In this document: piece by piece, positions 1-8,901 of the stretch
Layout: each line of letters opens with the position of its first letter
How positions within the stretch are numbered: position 1 is the stretch's first letter
Source: Candidatus Cloacimonadales bacterium
GTDB lineage: Bacteria > Cloacimonadota > Cloacimonadia > Cloacimonadales > JAIOQZ01
Direction of reading: 5' to 3'
DNA: 64,000 nucleotides
Assembly: GCA_963674825.1 (NCBI GenBank)
Contig: OY771587.1
Coordinates: 1,696,001-1,760,000 of the forward strand
The notes under the pieces: model-generated
Databases searched by the model: none
What the model was told of the DNA's origin: nothing
The model's input: only the letters and a program-made list of their open reading frames with translations
Translations under genes and position numbers: made by a program

Positions 1-1057
1 CGTTTCCGATCAGCGCGCCAGCTTCTTTGAAGGTCTTCAGGAGGCCTTCATAGAGAGCCTGAGTCCAGATGTCGTTTGTGGCCGGGACGATCTTGAGAAC
101 GACGCCCGGAGCCACTTTGCGGCCCTCGAGGATCTTCGCGGCGATGCGAAGGTCTTCGATACGTCCGTTGGTGCAGCTACCGATAAAGGCGGAATCGATC
201 TTCTCCTGCTTGGCTTCGGAAACCATCACCGCGTCTTCCGGGTGTCCCGGGCGGGAAGTCATGGGTACAAACTTGGAGATATCGAGTGTCAGCTCATTGT
301 CATACTTCGCGTCCGCGTCAGCAAAGACGGGCTCGAACGGCGTTTCGGTACGTTCTCTGAAGTAGTCGATGATTTCCTGGCTCGGCGGGAAGAGCACAAT
401 AATTGCGCCCATCTCAGTGGCCATTGAGCTGATGGTGATACGCTCGTCGAGCGTCAGTTCATCAATTGCCTCGCCGTACAATTCGACGGAGTAACCCAGG
501 AGGGTGTTTGCGCCGAAGTGAGCGAGCAGGTTGAGGACGATGTCTTTGGCGTCGATATTATCGGGGCGTTCGCCCGTGAAGTTGAGCTTGATCGATGCGG
601 GAACCTTGAACCACACCTTTCCGTGTGCCCAGGCAGCCGCGATGTCGCGATCACCCATACCCTGGCCGAAAGCGCCGACAGCGCCGAGGATGTTGGCATG
701 GGAGTCGGTGGAAACGACGGTTGAACCCGGGTAGGCGAGTCCTTTCTCAATCACGAGGTGGGTACCGATACCTGCGTCGATATCATAGACCTTGATATCA
801 TTATCGCGTGCATAGAGGCGGCAATACTGCTGATTGGCGGCGTATTTCTGATCAGAACCGGTCGGGTTGCAGTCGAAGGTGAAGAAGGTCTTCTTGGGAT
901 CATCGACGGTGAGGCCGGCGCTTTCCAGATTCTTCACCACGTTAGCGCCACCGAAGTCGCGCGCGGCACGTACGTCGATCAGGATATCGACGATATCATT
1001 CGGCTTAACCACGTCTTTATCGGAGTGGTTTGCGAGAATCTTTTCTATTATGGTCAT
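1..1057 (-). CDS. Homoaconitase / 3-isopropylmalate dehydratase large subunit (LeuC/HacA family), runs off the left edge
   Basis: Not in the ORF track. Hand translation from ATG 1057 (RBS AAGGAG) gives MTIIEKILANHS...; the aconitase [4Fe-4S] motif IGSCTNGR lies near 160-185. Confidence 0.88.
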   Translation of the reverse strand, partial: MTIIEKILANHSDKDVVKPNDIVDILIDVRAARDFGGANVVKNLESAGLTVDDPKKTFFTFDCNPTGSDQKYAANQQYCRLYARDNDIKVYDIDAGIGTHLVIEKGLAYPGSTVVSTDSHANILGAVGAFGQGMGDRDIAAAWAHGKVWFKVPASIKLNFTGERPDNIDAKDIVLNLLAHFGANTLLGYSVELYGEAIDELTLDERITISSMATEMGAIIVLFPPSQEIIDYFRERTETPFEPVFADADAKYDNELTLDISKFVPMTSRPGHPEDAVMVSEAKQEKIDSAFIGSCTNGRIEDLRIAAKILEGRKVAPGVVLKIVPATNDIWTQALYEGLLKTFKEAGALIGN

Positions 1058-1081
1058 TGTAACTCCTTATGCAACTTGCGT

Positions 1082-1155
1082 TTCATCCTGAGCGGAGTAA
1101 AAGGATACCGCAAGTTAATTCATCCAGAGTGCCCTTCGACTCCGCTCAGGGTGAC
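1082..1155. repeat. REP-like inverted repeat
   Basis: TCATCCTGAGCGGAGTAAAAGG ... CCTTCGACTCCGCTCAGGGTGAC are imperfect inverted arms in an intergenic spacer. Confidence 0.7.
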
Positions 1156-1174
1156 ACTCTGAGTACAGACGCAA

Positions 1175-1744
1175 TTATTCTCCGATCAACAGACCTTTGG
1201 TCATCATGACCATGGGGTCGAATGTCGCGAAATCGGCCTGATGGATAAGAACCGTTTCGATGCGTTGCGGACGTCCATCACCTTCCTTGGCGTGATTGGC
1301 GATGATATTGACGATCTCTTCGGGAAGTCCTACGCGGTCAGCGAGGATAGCGCCTGAAATCGGATGACGTGTGCACTTGCCGTTATAGCTCTTGCGATAG
1401 GTGCCATCGACGCATTCGATCTCTTTGAGCTTGCCGACATCGTGCAGCAGTCCGCCAGCGAGCAGGAAATCCATGTTCAGGGTATAGGGCATCTTGCGGT
1501 AGTTCTCTGTAATGGCCTTTGCGAGCCCTACAGCGCCTTCAGTGACCGCCATGGTATGTTCGATAAAGTTGATTCCTTTCGTCTCTGTGAGCAGCGTAAA
1601 CGGGATTTTCTCGATATCTTCGGGTTTCTCCCAGCCGCCTTCCTTCGCTGCGATGACAAAGCACTCAACGGTCTTCTCGCGAATCTCTTCGCTTTCGATC
1701 TTTGAGAGCACTTTGTCGAACACTCTTCTGAAATATTGTTCCAT
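1175..1744 (-). CDS. HD-domain (HDIG-like) metal-dependent phosphohydrolase
   Basis: EHT...LLHDVGK...HPISG...NH...HQAD motifs; RBS GAAGGAG before ATG 1744. Confidence 0.85.
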   Translation of the reverse strand: MEQYFRRVFDKVLSKIESEEIREKTVECFVIAAKEGGWEKPEDIEKIPFTLLTETKGINFIEHTMAVTEGAVGLAKAITENYRKMPYTLNMDFLLAGGLLHDVGKLKEIECVDGTYRKSYNGKCTRHPISGAILADRVGLPEEIVNIIANHAKEGDGRPQRIETVLIHQADFATFDPMVMMTKGLLIGE

Positions 1745-1809
1745 GGTATGTTCTCCTTCTATTGTTCTCACCCCATTGATTTTCAGCAATTGGAAGCTTG
1801 TCTCCATAT

Positions 1810-1844
1810 GCACAGAGGGACTCTTCCGAGTCCCCCCTATGTGC
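1810..1844. terminator. Intergenic stem-loop (terminator or mRNA stabiliser)
   Basis: GCACAGAGGGACTC-TTCC-GAGTCCCCCCTATGTGC; no clear U tract. Confidence 0.45.
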
Positions 1845-1857
1845 TGTTATCAAAGAA

Positions 1858-3048
1858 CTATTTCAGTTTCTCGATGATGGCGTCGGTAACCTGCATGGTC
1901 GATGCGGCGCCGCGCTCTACGACTTCGGGCGTACCCTTCATCTTGAGCATATCGTATGTGCGAACCTTGCCCTCTTCCACTACTGCTGCCACAGCATTGC
2001 GAATGCGGGTGGCTTTTTCGGTTTCGCCGATGTGGTCGAGCATCATACATGCGGAAAGGACCATCGCGATCGGATTGACGATCGGGGTCTTGTATTCAGC
2101 GTATTTAGGAGCAGAACCATGGGTAGGTTCGAAAACCGCCACTTCCTTGCCGATGTTTGCGCTGCAAGCGAAGCCGAGTCCGCCAACCAGACCTGCGAAA
2201 CCGTCGGACACGATGTCGCCGAACATGTTTCCGGCTACGATTACACCGTAATCTTCCGGGTTCTTGGTCAGCCACATCATCTGAGCGTCGATGTTGGTGT
2301 TCCAGAGGGCGATATGCGGATATTCCTTCTGAATTTCTTTGCTGAGCGCGAGCATCATGCCGGATGTTTCACGTATTACATTCGGCTTTTCGCAGAGGGT
2401 AACCGACTTGTAACCAAATTTATCGGCGTGCTCGAAAGCAGCGCGGATGATGCGTTCGGAGTATTTCTTTGTGAAAATACGAGTGGAGACAGCCAGCTCT
2501 TCGCGTGGGCTCCAGCCGAAGTTCTTGCTGAATTTCGGGTGGGTCATCAGTGCGTCATAGACCTGGTCGCCGGGGTTGGTCCATTCTACGCCGCCGTAAA
2601 GGCCTTCGGTGTTCTGGCGGAAGATCGCCACATCTACTTCAGGCTCTTCGATGGTGTCGTTGGCACCCTTGCGGATGAAGTTGAGCGGATTACCCTTGAA
2701 GGTCTTGCACGGACGCAGACAGATATCCAGGTCGAAGTGCTGACGAAGACCGACGATGGGGCTATAATAGACGTAACCCTTATCCTGAAGCTCGGGAGCG
2801 AGTTCCTTTGCTGCATCTGATTTGGGCTTTGACGTGATTGCGCCGAAAAGGCTGATCTTGTGCTCTTTGAGCAGATCGATTGTACGCTGCGGAAGGGGAT
2901 TTCCTTCCTTGCACCAGAATTCCCAGCCGATGTCGGCGTGGACGTACGACGCGCGGAAATCAGCCGCTTCAAGTACGCGGATTGCTTCCGGAAGTACGAT
3001 TTTGCCGATGCCGTCGCCAGGCATCAGTACGATTGTCATATTCGCCAT
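1858..3048 (-). CDS. Isocitrate/isopropylmalate dehydrogenase family, probably homoisocitrate dehydrogenase
   Basis: PGDGIG, NTEGLY, NMFGDIVSD and FEPTHGSAP motifs. LFGAITS...YSPIVGLR resembles the fungal Lys12 segment LFGAVQS...YSSPIVALR. Confidence 0.85.
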   Translation of the reverse strand: MANMTIVLMPGDGIGKIVLPEAIRVLEAADFRASYVHADIGWEFWCKEGNPLPQRTIDLLKEHKISLFGAITSKPKSDAAKELAPELQDKGYVYYSPIVGLRQHFDLDICLRPCKTFKGNPLNFIRKGANDTIEEPEVDVAIFRQNTEGLYGGVEWTNPGDQVYDALMTHPKFSKNFGWSPREELAVSTRIFTKKYSERIIRAAFEHADKFGYKSVTLCEKPNVIRETSGMMLALSKEIQKEYPHIALWNTNIDAQMMWLTKNPEDYGVIVAGNMFGDIVSDGFAGLVGGLGFACSANIGKEVAVFEPTHGSAPKYAEYKTPIVNPIAMVLSACMMLDHIGETEKATRIRNAVAAVVEEGKVRTYDMLKMKGTPEVVERGAASTMQVTDAIIEKLK

Positions 3049-3095
3049 AGTTTCCTCCGAAGATTCTATATTTTTAGTGCTTTGAGTTCATAATC

Positions 3096-3133
3096 ACCCT
3101 CACCCGTATACGGTAGAGGGCCGGGGTGAGGGT
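3096..3133. repeat. REP-like hairpin
   Basis: ACCCTCACCC ... GGGTGAGGGT, a perfect 10-bp inverted repeat just past the citF stop. Confidence 0.6.
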
Positions 3134-3135
3134 CC

Positions 3136-4686
3136 CTACTTCACTTCTCTGACAACGTCGATCACGGTTCCATCGACCCACTTGATCGCCGCGACAACCT
3201 TCTGCCCGAGCGTTGGCATTTCGGCCTTACCGCAGATCGCCTCGGCTTCTTCCTTCAGTTCCTCAATGGTCTTGATGGGAAGGCCGGAATCCTTGGTCGC
3301 TTCGATGAGGTCTTTTCGGCGTGGATTGATCGCGATACCGCGTTCGGTAACGATGATATCGATCAGTTCGCCCGGACCGCAGATGGTGGTAACCTCGTCA
3401 CGAATGACGGGGATACGATCGCGGAAAAGCGGGATGGGAAGGATCACGTTCTTGCTGAAGAGGCAGTTCTGCCAACCACCTATACCATGCAGCAGATAGC
3501 CGTCGGAATGGGTCACGACGTTGGCGTTGAAATTAACGTCAACTTCGGTTGCGCCCAGGATGACGATATCCACCATGCTGGCGAAGTTGCCTTTGCCGTG
3601 GTAGTTATAGCTGGTGAATGGGCTTGTCCAGACGTGCGTCGGGTTCTCGCGCATGGAGCGGACGCCTTCGAGATCGAAAGTCTGGCCGTCCAGAATGTGC
3701 GTGATGAGCCCTTCTTCGAGCATCTGAACCAGGTATTTGTTGCTGCCGCCGCGTGCGAATCCACCTTTCATACCTTTCCGCTTGAGGATCTCGGAGAAGT
3801 AGATACCGATAGAAAGGGCGGTTCCACCAGCGCCAGCCTGGAAGCTGAAGCCGTCTTTGATCAGTCCGGCTGCTTCACAGAACTTCGCTGTCAGCTCGGC
3901 GATGTAGAGACGGTCAGGGCTACGGGTGATCTGGGTGGTGCCGGAGACGATCTTCTCCGGGATACCGACCTTGTCCATCTCAACTACGAAATCTACGTAG
4001 TTGCCCTGGATCTGCCACGGTGTGCAGGGGAAGGGAACGAGGTTGTCGGTAACCACTACAACGCGATCCGCATACTGTGAATCGGCCAGTGCGAATCCCA
4101 GCAGACCGCATGCCGAAGGGCCGGTAACAGCGTTTGCGTTACCGAAAAAATCAGCCGTCGGCGCAGCGATAAAAGCGATGTCGATATGAACTTCGCCGTC
4201 CTGAACTGCTTGGTAGCGTCCACCGTGAGAACGAAGAACGCCGGTTCCGCGCATCTTGCCTTGCGAGGTGAACTTACCCAACGGGCCGTTCATGCTGCCT
4301 TCGATGTGGTGAATGGTGCCGTCCTCCAGGTAGGGAAGTAGCTCACTGTGGCAGGGGAACGATGCGGACGGAAACCATACGAGGTCCTTGATGCCCAGTT
4401 CGTGTGCTGCGTGGAAGACCTGATTGGCCACCAGGTCGCCGTTGCGGAAGTGATGATGAGTGGAGATGGTCATGCCGTCTTTGATGCCTGACTTGACCAG
4501 CGCTTCTTTGATATCCTTCACGCGTTTGTCGCCATCTGCGGGGTAGTCCATGCAGGTAGCGATGGGTGGTGCGGCTTTGCGTCCGGTGGGGCGATACTTG
4601 CCTACGCCCATGAAAGGAACAACCGGCTTGCCGTTTATCTCTTCCGGAATCATCCTTCCGACTGCGTTTTTGACTTCTTTACTCAT
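3136..4686 (-). CDS. citF: Citrate lyase alpha subunit (citrate CoA/ACP transferase)-like
   Basis: GMTISTHHHFRNGD, RSHGGR, FQAGAGG, ILGATEVD, VTERGIAINP and DGTVID motifs; start MSKEV overlaps the upstream gene. Confidence 0.92.
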   Translation of the reverse strand: MSKEVKNAVGRMIPEEINGKPVVPFMGVGKYRPTGRKAAPPIATCMDYPADGDKRVKDIKEALVKSGIKDGMTISTHHHFRNGDLVANQVFHAAHELGIKDLVWFPSASFPCHSELLPYLEDGTIHHIEGSMNGPLGKFTSQGKMRGTGVLRSHGGRYQAVQDGEVHIDIAFIAAPTADFFGNANAVTGPSACGLLGFALADSQYADRVVVVTDNLVPFPCTPWQIQGNYVDFVVEMDKVGIPEKIVSGTTQITRSPDRLYIAELTAKFCEAAGLIKDGFSFQAGAGGTALSIGIYFSEILKRKGMKGGFARGGSNKYLVQMLEEGLITHILDGQTFDLEGVRSMRENPTHVWTSPFTSYNYHGKGNFASMVDIVILGATEVDVNFNANVVTHSDGYLLHGIGGWQNCLFSKNVILPIPLFRDRIPVIRDEVTTICGPGELIDIIVTERGIAINPRRKDLIEATKDSGLPIKTIEELKEEAEAICGKAEMPTLGQKVVAAIKWVDGTVIDVVREVK

Positions 4687-5890
4687 GGTCCCTCCAGTCC
4701 TCCGCGAGGAGGCCCGATTTGATCGCCAGCGTGATAGTTTTCTGAGCACGTTTGACGACCGGCGGATCGATCATCTTGGAACCGAGCGCGACAACGCCGA
4801 GTCCCTTCTCTTCCGCTTCGTGGAACGCCTTCACGATTCGTTTTGCTTTCGCGATTTCTTTCTCTTCTGGTGCGTAAGCAGCGTTGATCACCGGGATCTG
4901 GCGCGGATGGATACAGCCCATGCCTTCGAATCCGAGCGACTTGCCCTCGGTAGCGAAGTGGTTCAGGCCATCCATGTTATCGATATCGGAATAGACAGAA
5001 TCGATCGCCTGGATACCGGCTGCCCGGGCTGCGTTGACCAGCATGCAGCGTGCGAAGTAGGTCTCTTTTCCCTCTTCGGTGCGTTGCGTGCCGAGGTCGG
5101 CCGTGTAGTCTTCCAGTCCGATCGCCAGCGCGACCACCTGCGGTGACGCGGATGCGATCTGGTAAGCATTCATCACACCCTTCGCCGATTCGATGATGGG
5201 CATGATCCAGATATTCGATGCTTTTTCTTTATCCTTCTGGACGTCGTGAATCTTCGCGACCACATCATGGATCTGGCTCGCTTCCTCGCATTTGGGAAGC
5301 AGAATCAGGTTCACGCCGTGGGGTACGATGAGCTCGATGTCTTCCAACCCCATGGGAAGCTGGTTGATGCGCACCATACGCTCTGCGCCGTAGAAATCAA
5401 CATTACGCAGCGAATTGCGCACGACGAAACGTGCTTCGTATTTCTTGGGGGGCGCAACTGAATCTTCCAGGTCCAGGATGATGCCATCGGGCTGATGGAT
5501 TCCAGCGTTGATCGCCAGCTTGGGGGTGTTACCCGGAAGATAGAGACGAGCGCGGCGGAATTGATCCCGGCGGGTGAGGTTAGTATTTTGCGGAAGTGCG
5601 TCGAGCAGGAATTCTTCCTTCGTGTCGATGCATTTCTTGATTGCGGCTTCGATACGGGCGCTGATTACGTAATCGAGTGCGCCAGCGTCATCGATTTTGA
5701 GGTAGGCATTTTCGATCTTGTAGAAGTCCAGAATATCTTCTGTGAGCTTCTGGATCGATTTGCCAAAGAGCGCTTTGACCTTGCTTTCGATAACGATTTC
5801 CCGGCCACCGTTGTCTCTGATTTCGAGCGTAACGCGGCAGTCTGAGCGTACATCGTCACCGAAGTTTCCGATAGTGCATTGGCTTTGCAT
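4679..5890 (-). CDS. citE: Fusion of a CitD (gamma/ACP)-like domain with a citrate lyase beta subunit (citryl-CoA lyase)
   Basis: N-terminal ~90 aa are CitD-like (SD.RV, SKVKALFG, DAGALD..I.ARIEAA). The rest has LYLPGN, DLEDSV, VRIN, IIESAKG, CIHPRQI and MIDPPV. Confidence 0.9.
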   Translation of the reverse strand: MQSQCTIGNFGDDVRSDCRVTLEIRDNGGREIVIESKVKALFGKSIQKLTEDILDFYKIENAYLKIDDAGALDYVISARIEAAIKKCIDTKEEFLLDALPQNTNLTRRDQFRRARLYLPGNTPKLAINAGIHQPDGIILDLEDSVAPPKKYEARFVVRNSLRNVDFYGAERMVRINQLPMGLEDIELIVPHGVNLILLPKCEEASQIHDVVAKIHDVQKDKEKASNIWIMPIIESAKGVMNAYQIASASPQVVALAIGLEDYTADLGTQRTEEGKETYFARCMLVNAARAAGIQAIDSVYSDIDNMDGLNHFATEGKSLGFEGMGCIHPRQIPVINAAYAPEEKEIAKAKRIVKAFHEAEEKGLGVVALGSKMIDPPVVKRAQKTITLAIKSGLLAEDWRDHE

Positions 5891-5900
5891 GCGGAACTCC

Positions 5901-7196
5901 TTATTTCAGGAACTCGCCGATGTATTTGTATTCGGGTTCCAGTTTACCTTGATGTATGATGATCGATTTTTTTATCGGGTATGGCAGGTCTGATTCCTCG
6001 ATGGGCTTGGACCAATCGTTGTCCAGCATCGCCTTCATGAAAGGAAGCAGTGCTCTCGTGAAGCCATCGGAAGCCTCCATAGAGAATTCGCAGGGAAGGT
6101 TATCTACTGCGCAGATGGTAACACCGTTACCCATGTAGCCGTCTTCGAATTTGTCTTCGACAGCGTTGTACGTGTAGACAGGGTTATCTGGATAAGTGGC
6201 TTTCACGGTTGCTTCGATGGAACCTTCGATGTCGCAGGTGATATCGCCGATCGCGATCATCTTACCGCCACTCTTCTGGAGCTCGGCGATATCGGCCTTG
6301 GTCAGGAACACGGGGTATCCCGGAGCCCAGTAGATGGCGTTCATGTAGATCGAGCAATATGGCAGGTACGGCTTCATCTTCGATTCGTACTGGGGACCGT
6401 TCTTGAAATAGTCCATCAGATCGAATGAGCCGTCATCCTTGCGCTGCACCAAGTGTTTTTCCTTGAACACCGCGAGGTAGATACGGTCATTTTTGTAAGC
6501 TGTATCGAGCATGCCAAGATCATCAGGATCGATCTCTTCGATCGGCATTTCCGAGATGATTTCACGGCAGCCGGAGGCTACATGACCGTAACCGAGTTGG
6601 AAGATAACCAGAGGACCGATCTCTTTGGGAAGCCCGTCGCGCTTGATCTCTTCGCCAAGCTTACGAAGGTGCTCGACGGCATCGGACACACGCTCGTATT
6701 CGAATGCGCGTTTGACTTCAGACAGCGGGGTCTTCAGTCCGTAATGCTCTTCCAGGCGTCTACCGACAGCCCACAGCGTATCGACCATTCCGGCGTTACC
6801 GGCGAACTTGCCAAAGAATACCAGACGACGATTCTGCTCGTCGACGATGCGCTCGTAGTCCAGGATCGAGCATTTTGCGTCCATGAATTCGCGCAGCATG
6901 GGCATGTTGTAGTCCTGTCCCTTAATGGTGTGCGAGAAGAACATATGCGGTTTTCCGGGAACCATATCCGGGATCTTGATCTCTTTCACGCCAATGATCA
7001 GGTCACACAGGGAAAGATCATCGGAGATAGTTGCGCCAACGGCTTGATATTGATTGTCTTTGTAAATACGTAGTTCGGAGGGTTGCACAACGACTTGATA
7101 TCCTTGATCGATCAGCTCTTTGACTGCCTGCGGATTCAGGGGTACTCGTGCTTCCCATTGATTCTTGGTTTCTCTAAGTATTCCAAGTTTTTTCAT
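5901..7196 (-). CDS. Lysine-ketoglutarate reductase / saccharopine dehydrogenase (lysine-forming), AlaDh/PNT fold, AASS-LKR-like
   Basis: RETKNQWEARVPL, GVKE, FFSHTIKGQ.YN, DYE...RRLVFFG.FAG, DITCDIEGSIE and AVDNLP.E motifs. Confidence 0.88.
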   Translation of the reverse strand: MKKLGILRETKNQWEARVPLNPQAVKELIDQGYQVVVQPSELRIYKDNQYQAVGATISDDLSLCDLIIGVKEIKIPDMVPGKPHMFFSHTIKGQDYNMPMLREFMDAKCSILDYERIVDEQNRRLVFFGKFAGNAGMVDTLWAVGRRLEEHYGLKTPLSEVKRAFEYERVSDAVEHLRKLGEEIKRDGLPKEIGPLVIFQLGYGHVASGCREIISEMPIEEIDPDDLGMLDTAYKNDRIYLAVFKEKHLVQRKDDGSFDLMDYFKNGPQYESKMKPYLPYCSIYMNAIYWAPGYPVFLTKADIAELQKSGGKMIAIGDITCDIEGSIEATVKATYPDNPVYTYNAVEDKFEDGYMGNGVTICAVDNLPCEFSMEASDGFTRALLPFMKAMLDNDWSKPIEESDLPYPIKKSIIIHQGKLEPEYKYIGEFLK

Positions 7197-7234
7197 GTAC
7201 AGACTCCACTCACTTTGTTACGAATTTCACCCCA

Positions 7235-7283
7235 TGGACAACGTGCATCGCATGGCGAAAAACCACGCGATGCACCCTGTTCA
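7235..7283. other. Intergenic stem-loop
   Basis: GTGCATCGC (7243-7251) pairs with GCGATGCAC (7267-7275), with flanking and inner pairing. Confidence 0.55.
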
Positions 7284-7305
7284 GAAACTATATTGAGCGA
7301 ATCGA

Positions 7306-8628
7306 TCAATCATAAAATCGTTCGATCACCTTGATATCCAGATTGCCGAGTTCTTCCAGAACTGGAAGGTAGACTTCCGGCATTACGGGCATATGGACGC
7401 CCGGGACGAAGAACTTTCCTTCGAGAATGTAGCGCACCGCGATTGCTGCCGGAAGGGAGACTGTGCGGGACATGGAGCTGTCGCCGTTCTCGATACCGGT
7501 ATCGATCATCGTAGAGGTAATGCGCTGTTCTTTATCGCCAAATGCGGCCACGAATTCGTGGTGGAGCACCAGTAGATCGCGTTCGCCCTTATCGTAAGAC
7601 ATCTTTTCAAGCATCAGCGCGGTGAGAACATCAACCGCCGAGCCTTCTTTAATCGGCATCGGAGTATCGCCGATGATTCCGAGCCATTCGAATTTCTTCA
7701 GGATAACGCTGTTTTCGAGGATACCGTAGCGCTTGACGATTTCTTCTTTGAGGCATGCGTCTTTCGATGCGCCGAGGACTTTCTCGAGCACGAATTCCTG
7801 AACGGTGCCGCTCAGGTTGTTATAATAATCGTCATCGTTGAAGAATCCCATCTGCGAAAGGATGAACCATGTGTCGCAATGACTGACGTTACGCAGGGTA
7901 CCACGGTACATGGTGCGGACGTCTTTGAGACTGTAGAGGTCAATATAAGGAAGGGAATCGCGATTGACATACGCTTCGAACGTGCCGGCTCCCTCGACAT
8001 CGAGGAACCAGTAGTGGCTGAAGAGGTTCTTGCCGGGGACTTCGATAATCTTGCCGTCTTTCATATAACGTGCATTATTACCGGCAGCCTTGAGAACGCC
8101 CTTGGGCGCCCAGCTGAATTTGTATCCCCAGGGATTGGTGTTGTCTTGGTGTGCGGGAAGTCCGCCACAGTAGGACATGAAGGATACGATCTTGCCGCCC
8201 TTTTCTTCCACTTCGTGGAAAATCTTCATCGCGGACATGTGGTCGATGCCGGGATCCACGCCGATTTCGTTCAGGATCATAATGCCGGCTTCTTTTGCAG
8301 CGGCATCCAGTTCGCGCATCTGAGGGCTGATATACGAAGTAGTCACCATATTGGTCTTGAGTTCGATACACTTCTTCGCAACTTCCACGTGCAGTGTGGC
8401 AGGCAGAAGACTCACTACCAGATCACTTTCCTTGATCAGATCTGCCATCTGTTCCATGTCATTCGCAACAAATTGAATTGCAGTAGCCTTCTCGTGTGGT
8501 GCAGCCAGTTTTTCCGCTTTAGAAAGGGTTCTGCTTGCGATCACGACTTCAAAACCGTTTTTCGCGAGGTAATCGACCATAGGCTTTACGACCAGACCCG
8601 CTCCAAAAATGGTTACTTTCTTTGCCAT
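7306..8628 (-). CDS. Saccharopine dehydrogenase (glutamate-forming; Lys9/SDH type)
   Basis: GAGLV Rossmann motif, SLLP..H, TTSY, NEIGVDPGIDHM, SYCGGLP, YKFSWAP.G and RGTLR; RBS GGAGG before ATG 8628. Confidence 0.93.
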   Translation of the reverse strand: MAKKVTIFGAGLVVKPMVDYLAKNGFEVVIASRTLSKAEKLAAPHEKATAIQFVANDMEQMADLIKESDLVVSLLPATLHVEVAKKCIELKTNMVTTSYISPQMRELDAAAKEAGIMILNEIGVDPGIDHMSAMKIFHEVEEKGGKIVSFMSYCGGLPAHQDNTNPWGYKFSWAPKGVLKAAGNNARYMKDGKIIEVPGKNLFSHYWFLDVEGAGTFEAYVNRDSLPYIDLYSLKDVRTMYRGTLRNVSHCDTWFILSQMGFFNDDDYYNNLSGTVQEFVLEKVLGASKDACLKEEIVKRYGILENSVILKKFEWLGIIGDTPMPIKEGSAVDVLTALMLEKMSYDKGERDLLVLHHEFVAAFGDKEQRITSTMIDTGIENGDSSMSRTVSLPAAIAVRYILEGKFFVPGVHMPVMPEVYLPVLEELGNLDIKVIERFYD

Positions 8629-8777
8629 CGGTATCCTCCGTTCCGGGTAGATTTTACGATTTGCCGATGAGGAGCATAAGTCCATGCCGCATCGGGAAAT
8701 CGCTTGTCTTCACAATTTCCGGATTTTGGCTTTCAAACACCGCCGGTATTTGAATCCGGTAACTGTTTTGGTTGCAC

Positions 8778-8805
8778 AGTTTGGTGTTCGCTTTTTACGT
8801 GTCAA
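8778..8805 (-). promoter_or_regulatory. Putative sigma70 promoter of the saccharopine operon
   Basis: Minus strand TTGACA-N16-CAAACT; the -10 box is weak. Confidence 0.35.
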
Positions 8806-8901
8806 CCATTATCGAAAAAAAGACGGATTTTATCGAAGGTAAAAGTTGGAATTCTTTTGGGTTATGGTTAGGAATAGGGATAATTTATCATCAACACGCG
8901 G

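Noticed and set aside
1798..2820. 340-aa plus-strand ORF
   Set aside because: Antisense shadow of the dehydrogenase gene; no motifs or RBS.
8630..8800. Canonical lysine riboswitch
   Set aside because: Expected from context, but the conserved AGAGG.GC start and five-helix layout are not visible. Kept only as an unassigned structured leader.
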